From the IMG/VR virus record IMGVR_UViG_3300012036_000004, positions 1 through 64,000 of that record: a stretch of DNA of 64,000 nt, one strand, 5' to 3'. The DNA is from a virus. Both the position numbers and the translations under genes were made by a program. Below, in pieces: positions 19,324-29,037 of the stretch (its first letter is position 1; each line of letters begins with the position of its first letter). The notes beneath the pieces were generated by a model, which saw nothing but the letters and a program-made list of their open reading frames with translations, was not told the DNA's origin and made no database searches.

Positions 19324-20226
19324 TCAGAGCTCGAGACGGGTGACGGAGCGCGTGTTACCGATGCCGATTCCCGGAGCAGCGTAGCTCCAGAACTCGATCA
19401 TGTCGGCGCGCTGCTCGATGAAGAGCGTCGCGTCCTGGAGAAGATAGAAGTTCCCCAGGTAGTTTTGCGGTCCGAAGATGTACGCGTGATTGCTCGGGAT
19501 GATGTCGTTCTTGATGGTCGTGATGACCGGGAATCCCCAGAGGTGATTCTCCGACTCCACGCCTTCGTCGTAGTGACGCGAGGCGACCACGTCACCGATC
19601 GACGTCGCTGGCAACTTCAGCGCATCGTAGTAGAGCTCTTTGGTCATCAGAATCTTGCCGATCGGAATCTTACGCGACACCAGGTTCTTGAACGCGTCGG
19701 CGAAGTTGGCAGCTGTGAGGCCGCCTGCCGGCGAGAGCACCTGACCGGGGTTGGCGGTCAGAATGGCATCGAGCGTGTCGACGAATCGAAGGTCTTCCTG
19801 ATCGGCCATGTCCTTGACGGAGTTGTCCGAGAGGATCTTGCGGATGTCGTTCTCGTACGTCATCAGCTCGAACTTCGACTTCTTGAATCGCTGCGATTCC
19901 GTCTTGCCGAAGTACACGGAGTACTTGCGACCGCGGAACCAGGTGCGGCGACCGGTGCCTTTGAACGGCACGAACGTCGCGACCGAGTCAGGCTCGAGCT
20001 CGACGATCTTGCGAGGCATGTCCGTGTTCACCGAACGGTCGAGCTGGTCGTCGCCGATCAGCTGAGGCTCGATGATTTCACGGGTGAACGAAGCCTGTCG
20101 CAACTTGCTGCGGATGAAGGCAGTACCTTCGGTCTCTGCAGCGGTCTTGTCGCGCTCGACTTTCTTGACGAATCGGGTGTTGATGAGTGACGCGCTCGTG
20201 CGCGAAGTCTCTGTATTGTAAGACAT
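19324..20226 (-). CDS. Major capsid protein (HK97 fold)
   Basis: 300 aa; FIRSKLRQASFTREII; E-loop region; KDMADQED..F spine helix; C-terminal G.GIGN; strong terminator downstream. Confidence 0.8.
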   Translation of the reverse strand: MSYNTETSRTSASLINTRFVKKVERDKTAAETEGTAFIRSKLRQASFTREIIEPQLIGDDQLDRSVNTDMPRKIVELEPDSVATFVPFKGTGRRTWFRGRKYSVYFGKTESQRFKKSKFELMTYENDIRKILSDNSVKDMADQEDLRFVDTLDAILTANPGQVLSPAGGLTAANFADAFKNLVSRKIPIGKILMTKELYYDALKLPATSIGDVVASRHYDEGVESENHLWGFPVITTIKNDIIPSNHAYIFGPQNYLGNFYLLQDATLFIEQRADMIEFWSYAAPGIGIGNTRSVTRLEL

Positions 20227-20279
20227 GTCCTGTCCTTGGTCGTTTTGGTTTCAGCAGTTCCTACCGCGTCGCGGTGGGC

Positions 20280-20798
20280 TCAGCTCGTGGTGACGGTGAG
20301 CAGCTCGCGAGCCGAATCGTACGACAAGACTTCGGCGTACTGCCGACGACCTGCCCCGAAGTCCGCGGTACGGTCCAGAAGACCCGCGTCCACGGAGATG
20401 GCGTCGCCTGGGGCGTATGCTCGGCCTGCGACGAATCGCTGGGTCTCGAACATGATGTGACCGCGAATCGCGGTGACTTTCCAGGGGACGTACGTGAAGT
20501 CAGCGCCGACGTAGCCCTGCTTCAGGCCGTCGTACTGGTCGTCTTCGACGCCGGAGCAGACAACCCAGAAGAGCTCTTTGGCGGCCAGAAGGCCGGCGAG
20601 AGCTGCGACCGAGCCTGCGGCAGCGTAGTCTTCGCTGGTGGCGCGGTTCCAGGTTCCGTCGGACTCCATCTTGACGATGTCGCCTTCGATCAGCGGCGAA
20701 CCTGCGCCGATGGCCGAATTCTGTTCCGCTGTCTCATCGATGGCGTTCTCGTTGGGCCATCCGCGGACCACGTCGAACAGTGAGTTCAGGATACTCAT
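20280..20798 (-). CDS. Capsid decoration/cement protein (putative)
   Basis: Immediately upstream of MCP; FET..F....Y.PGD.I motif; GGAGG RBS. Confidence 0.6.
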   Translation of the reverse strand: MSILNSLFDVVRGWPNENAIDETAEQNSAIGAGSPLIEGDIVKMESDGTWNRATSEDYAAAGSVAALAGLLAAKELFWVVCSGVEDDQYDGLKQGYVGADFTYVPWKVTAIRGHIMFETQRFVAGRAYAPGDAISVDAGLLDRTADFGAGRRQYAEVLSYDSARELLTVTTS

Positions 20799-20848
20799 AT
20801 CTATCTCCTCCGCCCGAATCCGAGCTTAGTGTTGGGGTGTGTCAGCCT

Positions 20849-21208
20849 TTACTCGAGCAGGAAGGACCCAAATCGATCCCACGCGTCATCACCTGAGCCG
20901 GCTTCTTTCGTTCGCGACTTTCGCGACTGACCCAAATTGTCAGCCGTTTCCGGCGCAGCCAATTTCTGCAGAACCTGACGAACTTCGTCGTCGCCGTGCG
21001 CTGCAATCTTTCGGAAGACACCCATGTCGGGCTCTTCCCCTGTCATTTCTGTGAACTGCGCTGCGAGTTTCTGCGCCTCGACAGACACGCGCTCTTCATG
21101 AATCGCGTTCTGACCTTCAGCGAGCTTGCGGTTCTCGGCTTCGAGAGCGTCGAGGTAGTCCGCAGTCTTCTCGAGGAATTCAGCAATTGCTTCGTTCGAT
21201 ACGCTCAT
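20849..21208 (-). CDS. Scaffold-like coiled-coil protein
   Basis: Multiple KxA motifs; C-terminal DAWDRFGSFLLE. Confidence 0.6.
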   Translation of the reverse strand: MSVSNEAIAEFLEKTADYLDALEAENRKLAEGQNAIHEERVSVEAQKLAAQFTEMTGEEPDMGVFRKIAAHGDDEVRQVLQKLAAPETADNLGQSRKSRTKEAGSGDDAWDRFGSFLLE

Positions 21209-21211
21209 AGC

Positions 21212-21352
21212 TCACCCGTGGATCTTACGCTTGAGTCGCTCGAGCCCGCTGAGGGCCTCGAGAACCTGCGCCGTTTTCAGAGTCTTTTTCATCGACACTT
21301 GCGGCTGCTTCCGGATGCTCGCCGCCTTCTTTCGTAGTTCGTCCGAGATCAC
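21212..21352 (-). CDS. 46-aa basic protein (not in ORF track)
   Basis: GTGA overlap with the upstream stop; MISDELRKKAASIR...LKTAQVLEALSGLERLKRKIHG fills the operon gap. Confidence 0.6.
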   Translation of the reverse strand: MISDELRKKAASIRKQPQVSMKKTLKTAQVLEALSGLERLKRKIHG

Positions 21353-21576
21353 TGGTTCACCGTCGTCATCAGGTTCCGAAGATCTCTTACAGTAACGTCT
21401 TCTTCGTCAGCTGCAAGGATGACTTCGGCGGCCTCTTTGAGGCGCAGACCCATTGGCGCAGGGGTAGAGGCGGCGACAGACTCATCACTGCCATTGATCT
21501 CTGCCTGCTTCGTCTGCTCGCGTTCGAGTCGAGACTGTTCCAGGGCGTGCTTAATTCCTTCTGCGATGTTCGACAT
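21349..21576 (-). CDS. Small head-assembly hypothetical protein
   Basis: TGATG coupling; TKQA and LKEA motifs. Confidence 0.65.
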   Translation of the reverse strand: MSNIAEGIKHALEQSRLEREQTKQAEINGSDESVAASTPAPMGLRLKEAAEVILAADEEDVTVRDLRNLMTTVNQ

Positions 21577-22475
21577 CAGTATCCTCGCTGACGCATCATC
21601 ATGCGCTGCTGTCCCGACAGCCCACCCTGTTGAGGGGCATGAGGTCGCGGCGCACTCGGAGGTCGTCCTGCACCGGGGCTTTGACCGCCGCCGGACAGAT
21701 TACCTACGCCTTGAAGAGTGCTCCCGATGTTTTTCATCAGGCCCGGCGCCGCTATACCTGCAGCAGCGCCCGCACCAAAGGCGAGGTTTCTATTTCGAAT
21801 TCCTTTTTCGCGCTCTTGACCGGCGCCATAAGCGTGACCGGCGAGACCGGCTGCGCCTATACCGCCACCGGCGAGCAGCGTGTTTCGAAGCGCGTTTCCG
21901 CCGCCCTTAGCAGCGGCTTGACCGCCCTCCGCGGCTGCCTGACCTGCAGCTTGTGCCGCAGGAGCAGCAGCTTGGCCGCCCTGGGCAGCCGCACCAGCGG
22001 CGCCAGCAGCTTCATCTGCAGCGCCCGCAGCTTCATCTGCAGCGCCCGCAGCGTTTCGAGTCTTGAGCCATTGGCTGTACTCGTCGACGTTTTCGTAGCC
22101 CAGGTCTTTCATGAGCTGCTGACGAGCAGGGTGGTTGCGGAGGTATTGTTCTTTTTCTGCGATGCTCCCCGCGAGCTCATCCTGTCGTTTGGCCCAGGCT
22201 GCGGCGCCTTCGTCGAGATCCCCACGCAACCCCTTGGTCCGTACGATGGCATCCATCAAGTCATCGGGTTTTCGATAACTGTTCCGGACCACGCCCTCCA
22301 TCGCCTCGTCGCCCAGGCCTGCTACCTGAGGCGCAACGAAGTCCTGAACCTTGTTCATGACTTTTGCGAAACGATTCGCCTGCTTCTCCTGACCGAACTG
22401 GCGGTCATGAGCTGCCGACACATCATGGTAAGCGAGCTTGTATAGCTCAGCGTATTCGGTCAGGAGGGTGGTCAT
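21576..22475 (-). CDS. Ala/Gly-rich putative internal/ejection protein
   Basis: YKLA and EKQA leader; two Gly-rich hydrophobic segments. Confidence 0.6.
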   Translation of the reverse strand: MTTLLTEYAELYKLAYHDVSAAHDRQFGQEKQANRFAKVMNKVQDFVAPQVAGLGDEAMEGVVRNSYRKPDDLMDAIVRTKGLRGDLDEGAAAWAKRQDELAGSIAEKEQYLRNHPARQQLMKDLGYENVDEYSQWLKTRNAAGAADEAAGAADEAAGAAGAAAQGGQAAAPAAQAAGQAAAEGGQAAAKGGGNALRNTLLAGGGIGAAGLAGHAYGAGQEREKGIRNRNLAFGAGAAAGIAAPGLMKNIGSTLQGVGNLSGGGQSPGAGRPPSAPRPHAPQQGGLSGQQRMMMRQRGY

Positions 22476-22485
22476 AGATCGTCTC

Positions 22486-23172
22486 TTAGGTCAGGGCTTC
22501 GGCAATCTTGTGCATGTCTTCGTAGCCACGCACGAAGCAGTCTTCAGCTGCGGCAGCCGTCTTCTCAGCCGCGGCCAGGATTCCCTGGATGCGCTGATCT
22601 TCGGCGACCTTCTGCTGATTCTGCTGATACTGTCGCTGCGCCTGCTGATTCTGCTGATTCTGCTGATACTGCCCGTTCTGGCGCTGGGCCGCGGCGGTTT
22701 TCTCAGCACTCACGAGACGCTGGATGGCGTTCTCAGCCTCGGAGTACCCGAGGTCAGCGGCGAGCTTGGTCGTCTGCTCTTCGAGCTGCTGTTCCGCGGC
22801 GGTCTTGGCGCCCCCGGGAATGGCCTGAATCGATGCCTGCTTCTGCGTCGGAGCATTCTCGGCGTACTGATTCGCACGCTGCAAGAATCCGTCGAACGCG
22901 GCGGCGCCCATGAGTTGCGCGGTTTTCACCTGCGCAGTCTCGTCGGCATCCGCCAGGTCGCTGGCGATCTTGGTCAGCTCCTGAACAGCGCTGACGTCAG
23001 CTCCGTTATTCGAAGCAGTTTTGGTCTGTGGCGCCGTGACGGCCTGCAGACTCTGCTGCAAGGCGTGCTTGGCCTGACCGAGATCCGGTGCGGAGTTAGC
23101 ATCCGCAGCGGTTTTGGTGGCAGGCTCTGCGGAGCGTCGCAGGTCGGAGAGAATGTCTTGAACACTGTTCAT
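22486..23172 (-). CDS. Prohead core/scaffold protein (putative)
   Basis: About 11 KxA motifs; Ala/Gln coiled-coil; follows the protease gene. Confidence 0.6.
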   Translation of the reverse strand: MNSVQDILSDLRRSAEPATKTAADANSAPDLGQAKHALQQSLQAVTAPQTKTASNNGADVSAVQELTKIASDLADADETAQVKTAQLMGAAAFDGFLQRANQYAENAPTQKQASIQAIPGGAKTAAEQQLEEQTTKLAADLGYSEAENAIQRLVSAEKTAAAQRQNGQYQQNQQNQQAQRQYQQNQQKVAEDQRIQGILAAAEKTAAAAEDCFVRGYEDMHKIAEALT

Positions 23173-23243
23173 GTGTCTTCCGTAGGTTTACGCGCGTCGT
23201 AGCGCCATACTAAATGACCGGGTTTTCAAAACCAAGGTGTATT

Positions 23244-25190
23244 TTATCGCACGAGTGCCAGGCCGATCTCTCGGAACAGCGTGCTCATGTCGACGGGGTC
23301 CAACTCCGTTGGATTATTCTCTGCGGCATGTTTCAACACAGGGGCCGCCTTGTCAAATGTGTGTTGCAGTGCACTGAGAAGTGTTGTCGACCCCAGCATC
23401 GCGCCGTAAGGGTTTTCTCGACTCCACTGTATCGCACGGTGCGCTTCCGGCGGCGCTACTTGCGCAGCTCGGTCGCTAAGAAGTGCGGCAGTTAGGAGTG
23501 CGCCACCCGCCAGAGGAGTACCGACACGCCGAAGCGTGCTCGAGCGTTTCTCAACAAACTCGACGTTGGACGGTACGTCTACTCCTTCTCTTGTTTTGAC
23601 GGTGGGCATCTTCTGGGTGTCGTGCATCCACTTCATCGCACCGAGTCCGCCGAGCGCCATAGGTGCTGCAGCCGCCGGGATACGCGACGTCACTACTTTG
23701 TACGCGCCGCCTAATCCTGCGCCGAGTCCCGCCAGCTCAAGCATCTCTTTCCAGGTGTTGCTGACGTCGGCACGCTCTGCAGCGCGTCGTGTCGTCTGGT
23801 AGGTCTTTCCCGAGTTCGGATCGTCCCAGGTCAATGGCTGCCAGGTCGGGGTGTAGTAAGCAGCGTCTGCATCTACAGCACCCGTAGCGCCCGCCAGGTT
23901 TCCAAGGCTCTCTGGGACGTACTTTCGCGCGACGTATTCTTTCCACAGCGCGCGCTTTTCTTGGAGAGGTTCAACACTGTCCATCACGTCGTCACGGGCG
24001 TACTCAGCCCCTATTTTCAGTAGCCCCATGTCCTCAAACTGCGTGAGGATTTGCGGCGACCGGCTCATCAATGCGGCCACTTTGCCCTGCGACTTCGCAA
24101 TCTGCTCTTCGAGGAAAGGGTCGCTCTCTTTGCCTGCTTGCGCGCAGATGAACCGGAATAGCTCAACGGCAGTGGGCAGCATACCCATCTGCATGAACGA
24201 GTTCGCAAACTCCGGTAGCGATCGATGCTTGATTGTCTTGGTCATCGACATCGAAAGCGTCGGCGTATCCTGCATCGCAGGCCGCAACGCGTCCGCAAGC
24301 CGCCGTGTAGCGTGGTGCTCTTCAGGAGACATCGAAGGCGTGTCTCGCGGGTCCACGACGTCGCCGCATATGATCTTGTCGATGTCCGAGATCTTCAGTA
24401 GCGCTGAGCGCTTCTCAGATAGGTCTCGGACTTTAGTACCGAGCGCAGCGCTCGACTGCAGCACGTAAGGCTGCTCATGCGCGACCTTCTTCATCGTGAA
24501 GCCGATCGGGTCTGCCGGGCGGAACACGAATGAAATGTCGAACAGCAACGGGCTGGGGTTCCAGACAAAACATCGCTGTCCGTCAGGAAGCAGCGCATTC
24601 ATCCCGTAGCACGGGTCCATCCCATTGACGTGATGACAGTAGTCCGCTGTCGTCGGAGCCTGGTGGCCGCAAATCGAGCACACGTCGTACTTGATGCGGC
24701 AGCCCATCGAAACGCCAGGGTATTCTTCAGCGTCGATTCGTCCGACGATGTCTGCTGCTCGGGCGTTGTCGACCGACAAGAAGAGCTCCACTCGGTGCAT
24801 CTTCCAGTTGTAGAACGAGCGCAGCACGTCACCGTAGTTGTTCTCAGGGTCTTTGTTGATGTGGTGCTTGTAGACCGTCGCGTGCTCTTCGAAGGTCTTG
24901 TGGTGGTCAGGAAGCGTCTCTCCCGGAGCGATTGCCCAACCTCCGTTGACCTGAATAGGCTGCTCGGACCATGCGTCCCCGTTTCGGTTGGGGCCGTAGT
25001 ACTCGCCAGCTGACATCGCCAGAACCATGATGATGGTACGTCCGTCCACAGGGGCTAGCGTTCCAGCATAGTCCAGTGCAGTCTCCGAAGCGTACTTGTA
25101 CTGATGCCGATCTCCGGGATGGTAGATCTGGCACCGAGCTTCCCCTGTACGCTCGAAGTGACTGTCGAACTGGTAGATCTTGTCGAGCAT
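23244..25190 (-). CDS. Prohead maturation protease (assemblin/HK97 gp4-like) with C-terminal extension
   Basis: NRNGD; HH.NKDP (candidate catalytic His); GVSMG (candidate catalytic Ser); CSICG..C.H Zn insert; FDISFV..PAD. Confidence 0.75.
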   Translation of the reverse strand: MLDKIYQFDSHFERTGEARCQIYHPGDRHQYKYASETALDYAGTLAPVDGRTIIMVLAMSAGEYYGPNRNGDAWSEQPIQVNGGWAIAPGETLPDHHKTFEEHATVYKHHINKDPENNYGDVLRSFYNWKMHRVELFLSVDNARAADIVGRIDAEEYPGVSMGCRIKYDVCSICGHQAPTTADYCHHVNGMDPCYGMNALLPDGQRCFVWNPSPLLFDISFVFRPADPIGFTMKKVAHEQPYVLQSSAALGTKVRDLSEKRSALLKISDIDKIICGDVVDPRDTPSMSPEEHHATRRLADALRPAMQDTPTLSMSMTKTIKHRSLPEFANSFMQMGMLPTAVELFRFICAQAGKESDPFLEEQIAKSQGKVAALMSRSPQILTQFEDMGLLKIGAEYARDDVMDSVEPLQEKRALWKEYVARKYVPESLGNLAGATGAVDADAAYYTPTWQPLTWDDPNSGKTYQTTRRAAERADVSNTWKEMLELAGLGAGLGGAYKVVTSRIPAAAAPMALGGLGAMKWMHDTQKMPTVKTREGVDVPSNVEFVEKRSSTLRRVGTPLAGGALLTAALLSDRAAQVAPPEAHRAIQWSRENPYGAMLGSTTLLSALQHTFDKAAPVLKHAAENNPTELDPVDMSTLFREIGLALVR

Positions 25191-26260
25191 TACTTCGTCT
25201 TCCCGGCCACTTCCTGCGGCGTGTAGGTCCGCTTGGGCTGCGAAACCGGCTTCCCGGCGTCCATCTTCTTACGCTTCGCAGGAGAAGCTTTCGCACGGTC
25301 TGCGGCGTCCAGGTTCTTCTTGATTGCCATGATAGGCGAGTCTTCCGACATCTTCACCGTGGTCGCCAGCAGCTCCGTGAGAAACTCACCGTTGAGCTCC
25401 CGAAGCGACGCCGTCTTGGCTGTCTGCTCCACCGACGCGAGACACCCGTCGAGGTACACACATGTCGCCATGTGAGCGACCTTTTCTTCGGGGAGATGCA
25501 GCATAGCATACACATCGACTGCGATCTTCTCGTGGCTGGCCTTGCTGCGGTGGAACTCGATCATGTCTTTGTGACGCTGCGCATCCTGGTCTTTCATCTG
25601 ACCCATCGCATCGTAGTTTTGCGTGCGAGTTCGGTCCTGGGCAGCCTGGTCCATCAGCTTCTTGGCGCCGTAGCCCGCGAGTCCGAGACCTGTCACGCCC
25701 GCAGCAGTCTGTAGTGCTCGGTTGCGTGAGTCCTCGGTGAACTTGTCCGAGAGCGCGCTTCCCACGGCGTACACAGGCAACGCGGCTCCGCCGGCGAGCG
25801 CGGCTCCTCCCATCATTTTCTTGGCGCCTTCACGGAGCGCAGGGTTGCTGATGATGCCAGAAAGGGCAGTACCGACACCGGCCTGCTTGACCGTGTCCAT
25901 GATCTCGACGTTCAGCGTGCGTCGTGTCCGTGCTGCGGCCTGCTTCTCTCCGCCGGAGAGATACGGCTCGAGCGTACGAATCTTGTACGACCGGGACACC
26001 TTCTCGGTGAACGTCTCTCGCGGCGAGATCGAAGCTTCCTTGGCCACCATAGCCAGAGCCTCGAGCCCACTCTGGATAGACTTCGCCTCGGCTTGTTTGT
26101 GCATCTTCGAAGAGATGGACGCTCCGATAGCGTGCGGCAACGCGAAACTCGAGTCCGCTCCGAGCACCTCAGGCAGCGGCGAGTTCTGCAGAAAGGCTCG
26201 CTTCTCAGTGCCCAGGGCACCTCCGATCGCGCGCCAAAGTAGTTGGTCGATGTTCGACAT
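25190..26260 (-). CDS. Putative internal head protein
   Basis: Many EKxA motifs; Gly-rich hydrophobic helices. Confidence 0.6.
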   Translation of the reverse strand: MSNIDQLLWRAIGGALGTEKRAFLQNSPLPEVLGADSSFALPHAIGASISSKMHKQAEAKSIQSGLEALAMVAKEASISPRETFTEKVSRSYKIRTLEPYLSGGEKQAAARTRRTLNVEIMDTVKQAGVGTALSGIISNPALREGAKKMMGGAALAGGAALPVYAVGSALSDKFTEDSRNRALQTAAGVTGLGLAGYGAKKLMDQAAQDRTRTQNYDAMGQMKDQDAQRHKDMIEFHRSKASHEKIAVDVYAMLHLPEEKVAHMATCVYLDGCLASVEQTAKTASLRELNGEFLTELLATTVKMSEDSPIMAIKKNLDAADRAKASPAKRKKMDAGKPVSQPKRTYTPQEVAGKTK

Positions 26261-26268
26261 CAGGTCTC

Positions 26269-27483
26269 CTAGATCGGTGCTTTGGTCTTCTGCGGGAGCA
26301 GGGCTTGCGGCGCGATGCTTTCGTTGACGCGAGCCATTTGCCCCAGCGTAGCGTAGTCGGGTCCGTTGGCAGCCAGCATAGACTCTCGCAGGAAGTTCTT
26401 CACGGCGAATTCGTCCGTCGCGAGATCTGGCGAGAATCGGGTCATCGAATTGAACGATCGGCGCAGCATATCTTTGTCTTCCGGCGTCGCCTGACTGAGC
26501 AACGGATCGGACTGCATCGCATTCTGGAACTGGACGTCCTGGTCGAACGAGCGGTTGTGATGCACCGCTGCGGTTGCGCCCACGTTGACGCCTTCTCGAA
26601 TCGCTTCGTCGAGCAGGTTCGCCATGTTCTTGCCCGACTGCGACAAGAACGAGGCCGCCGCGGTGTCCGTCGCCTGGATTCGGTCTTCGATGGGGATATA
26701 CTTCTTGGCGAGTTGGTACTCGAGCCCGGACCCCACAGCAGCGTCGCCCTGTAGGATGTCAGCGCCAGCACCCAGTGCCGCCGCTCCGCCTGCCAGCGCC
26801 ATTGCTTTTCCAGGGGAGAACTGCCGCGGCCCGGCTTCCATGGCGATGCTGCCTGCTGCGTCTGTGACGTTCCTCAGCACACCTTTGTCGACGAAGGTCC
26901 GAGGCACTTTGGCTCCCGGAGAGGAGACAAGGTCACCGACCAGGTCGCCGAGCACGTCAATGCCGTGGCCGAAAGCGCGGGGGAGCGACTTAACGGCTGT
27001 CTTCTCAGCTGCACGTTTCTGTACGAAGGATGTGAATGGGTCAGTCATCAGGTTTTCTCCGGTTGCCTGCGCCTGGGCAAGCGGCGCGACAGTGCTTGAA
27101 TTGAGATAAGCTTCGTCAGCGGCGAATGGGATAGAAAGCACCGCACCGCCGACGAGCGCTCGAGGAAGTGTCATCCGGCTACTTACCGCGTCGGCGACTC
27201 CCCCGTACACAGGGGAAAGCGCGCTCTGCGAACCGGGCTGCAGTGCTACGTCTAGCGCCTTCCCTGTACCACGCGCTCCAGCCGCAGCGACTTGCGGAAC
27301 CGTCTCCGCTGCAGCGCCGCCCATCCCTGTGGCAAGCTGGGCGAACCACGACGGAATGGCAGAGCTCGAGCTGAGCAATCCCGGGCGTCGCGCAGGGCCT
27401 TCAGCGAGCTCCTTGGAGACGTCCATCAGACGTCGCGCAACGCGGCTCTCGCTGGAAGCCAGTTTTTCGTAGAGATCATTCAC
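26269..27483 (-). CDS. Putative internal head protein
   Basis: GTGA-coupled start (MNDLYEKLA); QKRA and EKTA motifs. Confidence 0.6.
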   Translation of the reverse strand: MNDLYEKLASSESRVARRLMDVSKELAEGPARRPGLLSSSSAIPSWFAQLATGMGGAAAETVPQVAAAGARGTGKALDVALQPGSQSALSPVYGGVADAVSSRMTLPRALVGGAVLSIPFAADEAYLNSSTVAPLAQAQATGENLMTDPFTSFVQKRAAEKTAVKSLPRAFGHGIDVLGDLVGDLVSSPGAKVPRTFVDKGVLRNVTDAAGSIAMEAGPRQFSPGKAMALAGGAAALGAGADILQGDAAVGSGLEYQLAKKYIPIEDRIQATDTAAASFLSQSGKNMANLLDEAIREGVNVGATAAVHHNRSFDQDVQFQNAMQSDPLLSQATPEDKDMLRRSFNSMTRFSPDLATDEFAVKNFLRESMLAANGPDYATLGQMARVNESIAPQALLPQKTKAPI

Positions 27484-28301
27484 CGAAGAAGTGGCTCCGC
27501 TTGACGTTCCATCCAGGCACATCCCTGCGCCAACTCGAGTGCGTCGTTATATGCAGCGACTACTTCGCGGAACATCCCGTGCTCTTTTCGTTCGACGACG
27601 TAGCGCGTTGCGCTGGCAGTCTTCTCGGAAGACTCGGGGAGACGCGGATTGTGCTCACGGACTTTCGCCAGGATCGTGGCAGCAACCTGCGAATCAGCGA
27701 GAGCGTGGGCGTCCTTCTCGAACTCTTCGAAAGGCATCGAAGAGACATAGTTGAATGTCTGAGCGAGAGCAGCAACCTTGTCGGTGTACTCCATGTGCGC
27801 AGCGAGCGCGGCCATCTTCAATTCTTCCGCCACCTTGTTGGTGAGCTGGATGGCGTGGTGCATCTTGTCACCGGCATACGGGTCTTCCGGCTCGGGCTCC
27901 GCTGCAGCGGGGAAAGCTTCGGCGGCGAGCTTCTCTGCGACCTGATGACTCAGCGTATCCCAACGCTCGTCCGGTAGCTCGAGACGCAGTGAGGCGACCT
28001 TCCCGAAGAAGTCAGGCTCGTCGTCATGATCGTCAGGGTCAGGAGACGCGAAGAGACGGCTCGCAACTTTCTCAGGCTCCACCACATCGAACTCGACGTA
28101 CTTGTGGTCGGCCATCTTCTCGAAGAGAACCAGGTGTGCGTTGAGGTTCGTTGCCTCCAAGAGACGTCGCGCTTCGTAGGCGTTCATGCAGCGGTCGTCC
28201 GCGACTTTGACTACGCCGTCTTCCAACGGAACGGCTTGCTGGACGAAAGTGTCCACGATGGATTTGGCAAACCGCTGGTAGTCTTTGTCGTTGTAGCTCA
28301 T
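27480..28301 (-). CDS. Putative head protein
   Basis: Nine KxA motifs. Confidence 0.6.
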   Translation of the reverse strand: MSYNDKDYQRFAKSIVDTFVQQAVPLEDGVVKVADDRCMNAYEARRLLEATNLNAHLVLFEKMADHKYVEFDVVEPEKVASRLFASPDPDDHDDEPDFFGKVASLRLELPDERWDTLSHQVAEKLAAEAFPAAAEPEPEDPYAGDKMHHAIQLTNKVAEELKMAALAAHMEYTDKVAALAQTFNYVSSMPFEEFEKDAHALADSQVAATILAKVREHNPRLPESSEKTASATRYVVERKEHGMFREVVAAYNDALELAQGCAWMERQAEPLLR

Positions 28302-28305
28302 GTAC

Positions 28306-29025
28306 CTACTCGCCGTCTTCTGTGATCGTCATAATGTCGTCAGGGTTAATCTCTTCCTGCGTCTGCTTTCGCCGGATCATGATGAGCTCGAATTTCAGGG
28401 ACTCTCTTGCCCCTGCTTCAGCGTCTTCAATCTCTGGCAGCGTTCGAATTCCACTCATCATAGTACCAGACCATTGACGCGCTTCCTTCGCCTCCACAGA
28501 ATCCAAGGGTACACTACCTGCTTCTTTCGACAGAATATACGCCTGGTTGATGGTTTCTTTCAAGGCATCAGCGGAAGGTACTTGATAGTGCTCGCGACCG
28601 AACTTCGCGGATATCCAGTGTCGGCCTCGTTCTAAGGCGTCTGTCTTGAGTGACGCTCCGAACCCGTCATCATGTGCTGTGGGGTATTCTCTGACGTACG
28701 CTTCCAGGTCGAGTCGGTCTCGGAAGGCCGTCAAATCGAAGAACATCCCCGTGTACACGTCGGTCACTTCGACCGGAATCGAGAGCACAGCGTTGATATG
28801 TTCGGCGTCGGCCCCGGTGACTAGAAACGCTTCGAGCACCTCTCGTTTGTAGGGATGTAGATAAATGGAGTAGGCATACTGAACCTCTTCCGGGGCAGAT
28901 GTCTGCCCCAGCAAGAGTGTACCGACCGCATTCCGAAGTGAGTCATCGGTTGGAGCTGCGCCGGTTTCATCGACCTCCTCCGCCAACCTGACGAAGAGGT
29001 GGTCCGGTTTCACAGATCCAAACAT
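28306..29025 (-). CDS. Hypothetical protein
   Basis: Long ORF within operon. Confidence 0.7.
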   Translation of the reverse strand: MFGSVKPDHLFVRLAEEVDETGAAPTDDSLRNAVGTLLLGQTSAPEEVQYAYSIYLHPYKREVLEAFLVTGADAEHINAVLSIPVEVTDVYTGMFFDLTAFRDRLDLEAYVREYPTAHDDGFGASLKTDALERGRHWISAKFGREHYQVPSADALKETINQAYILSKEAGSVPLDSVEAKEARQWSGTMMSGIRTLPEIEDAEAGARESLKFELIMIRRKQTQEEINPDDIMTITEDGE

Positions 29026-29037
29026 GTGAGGCCCGGG

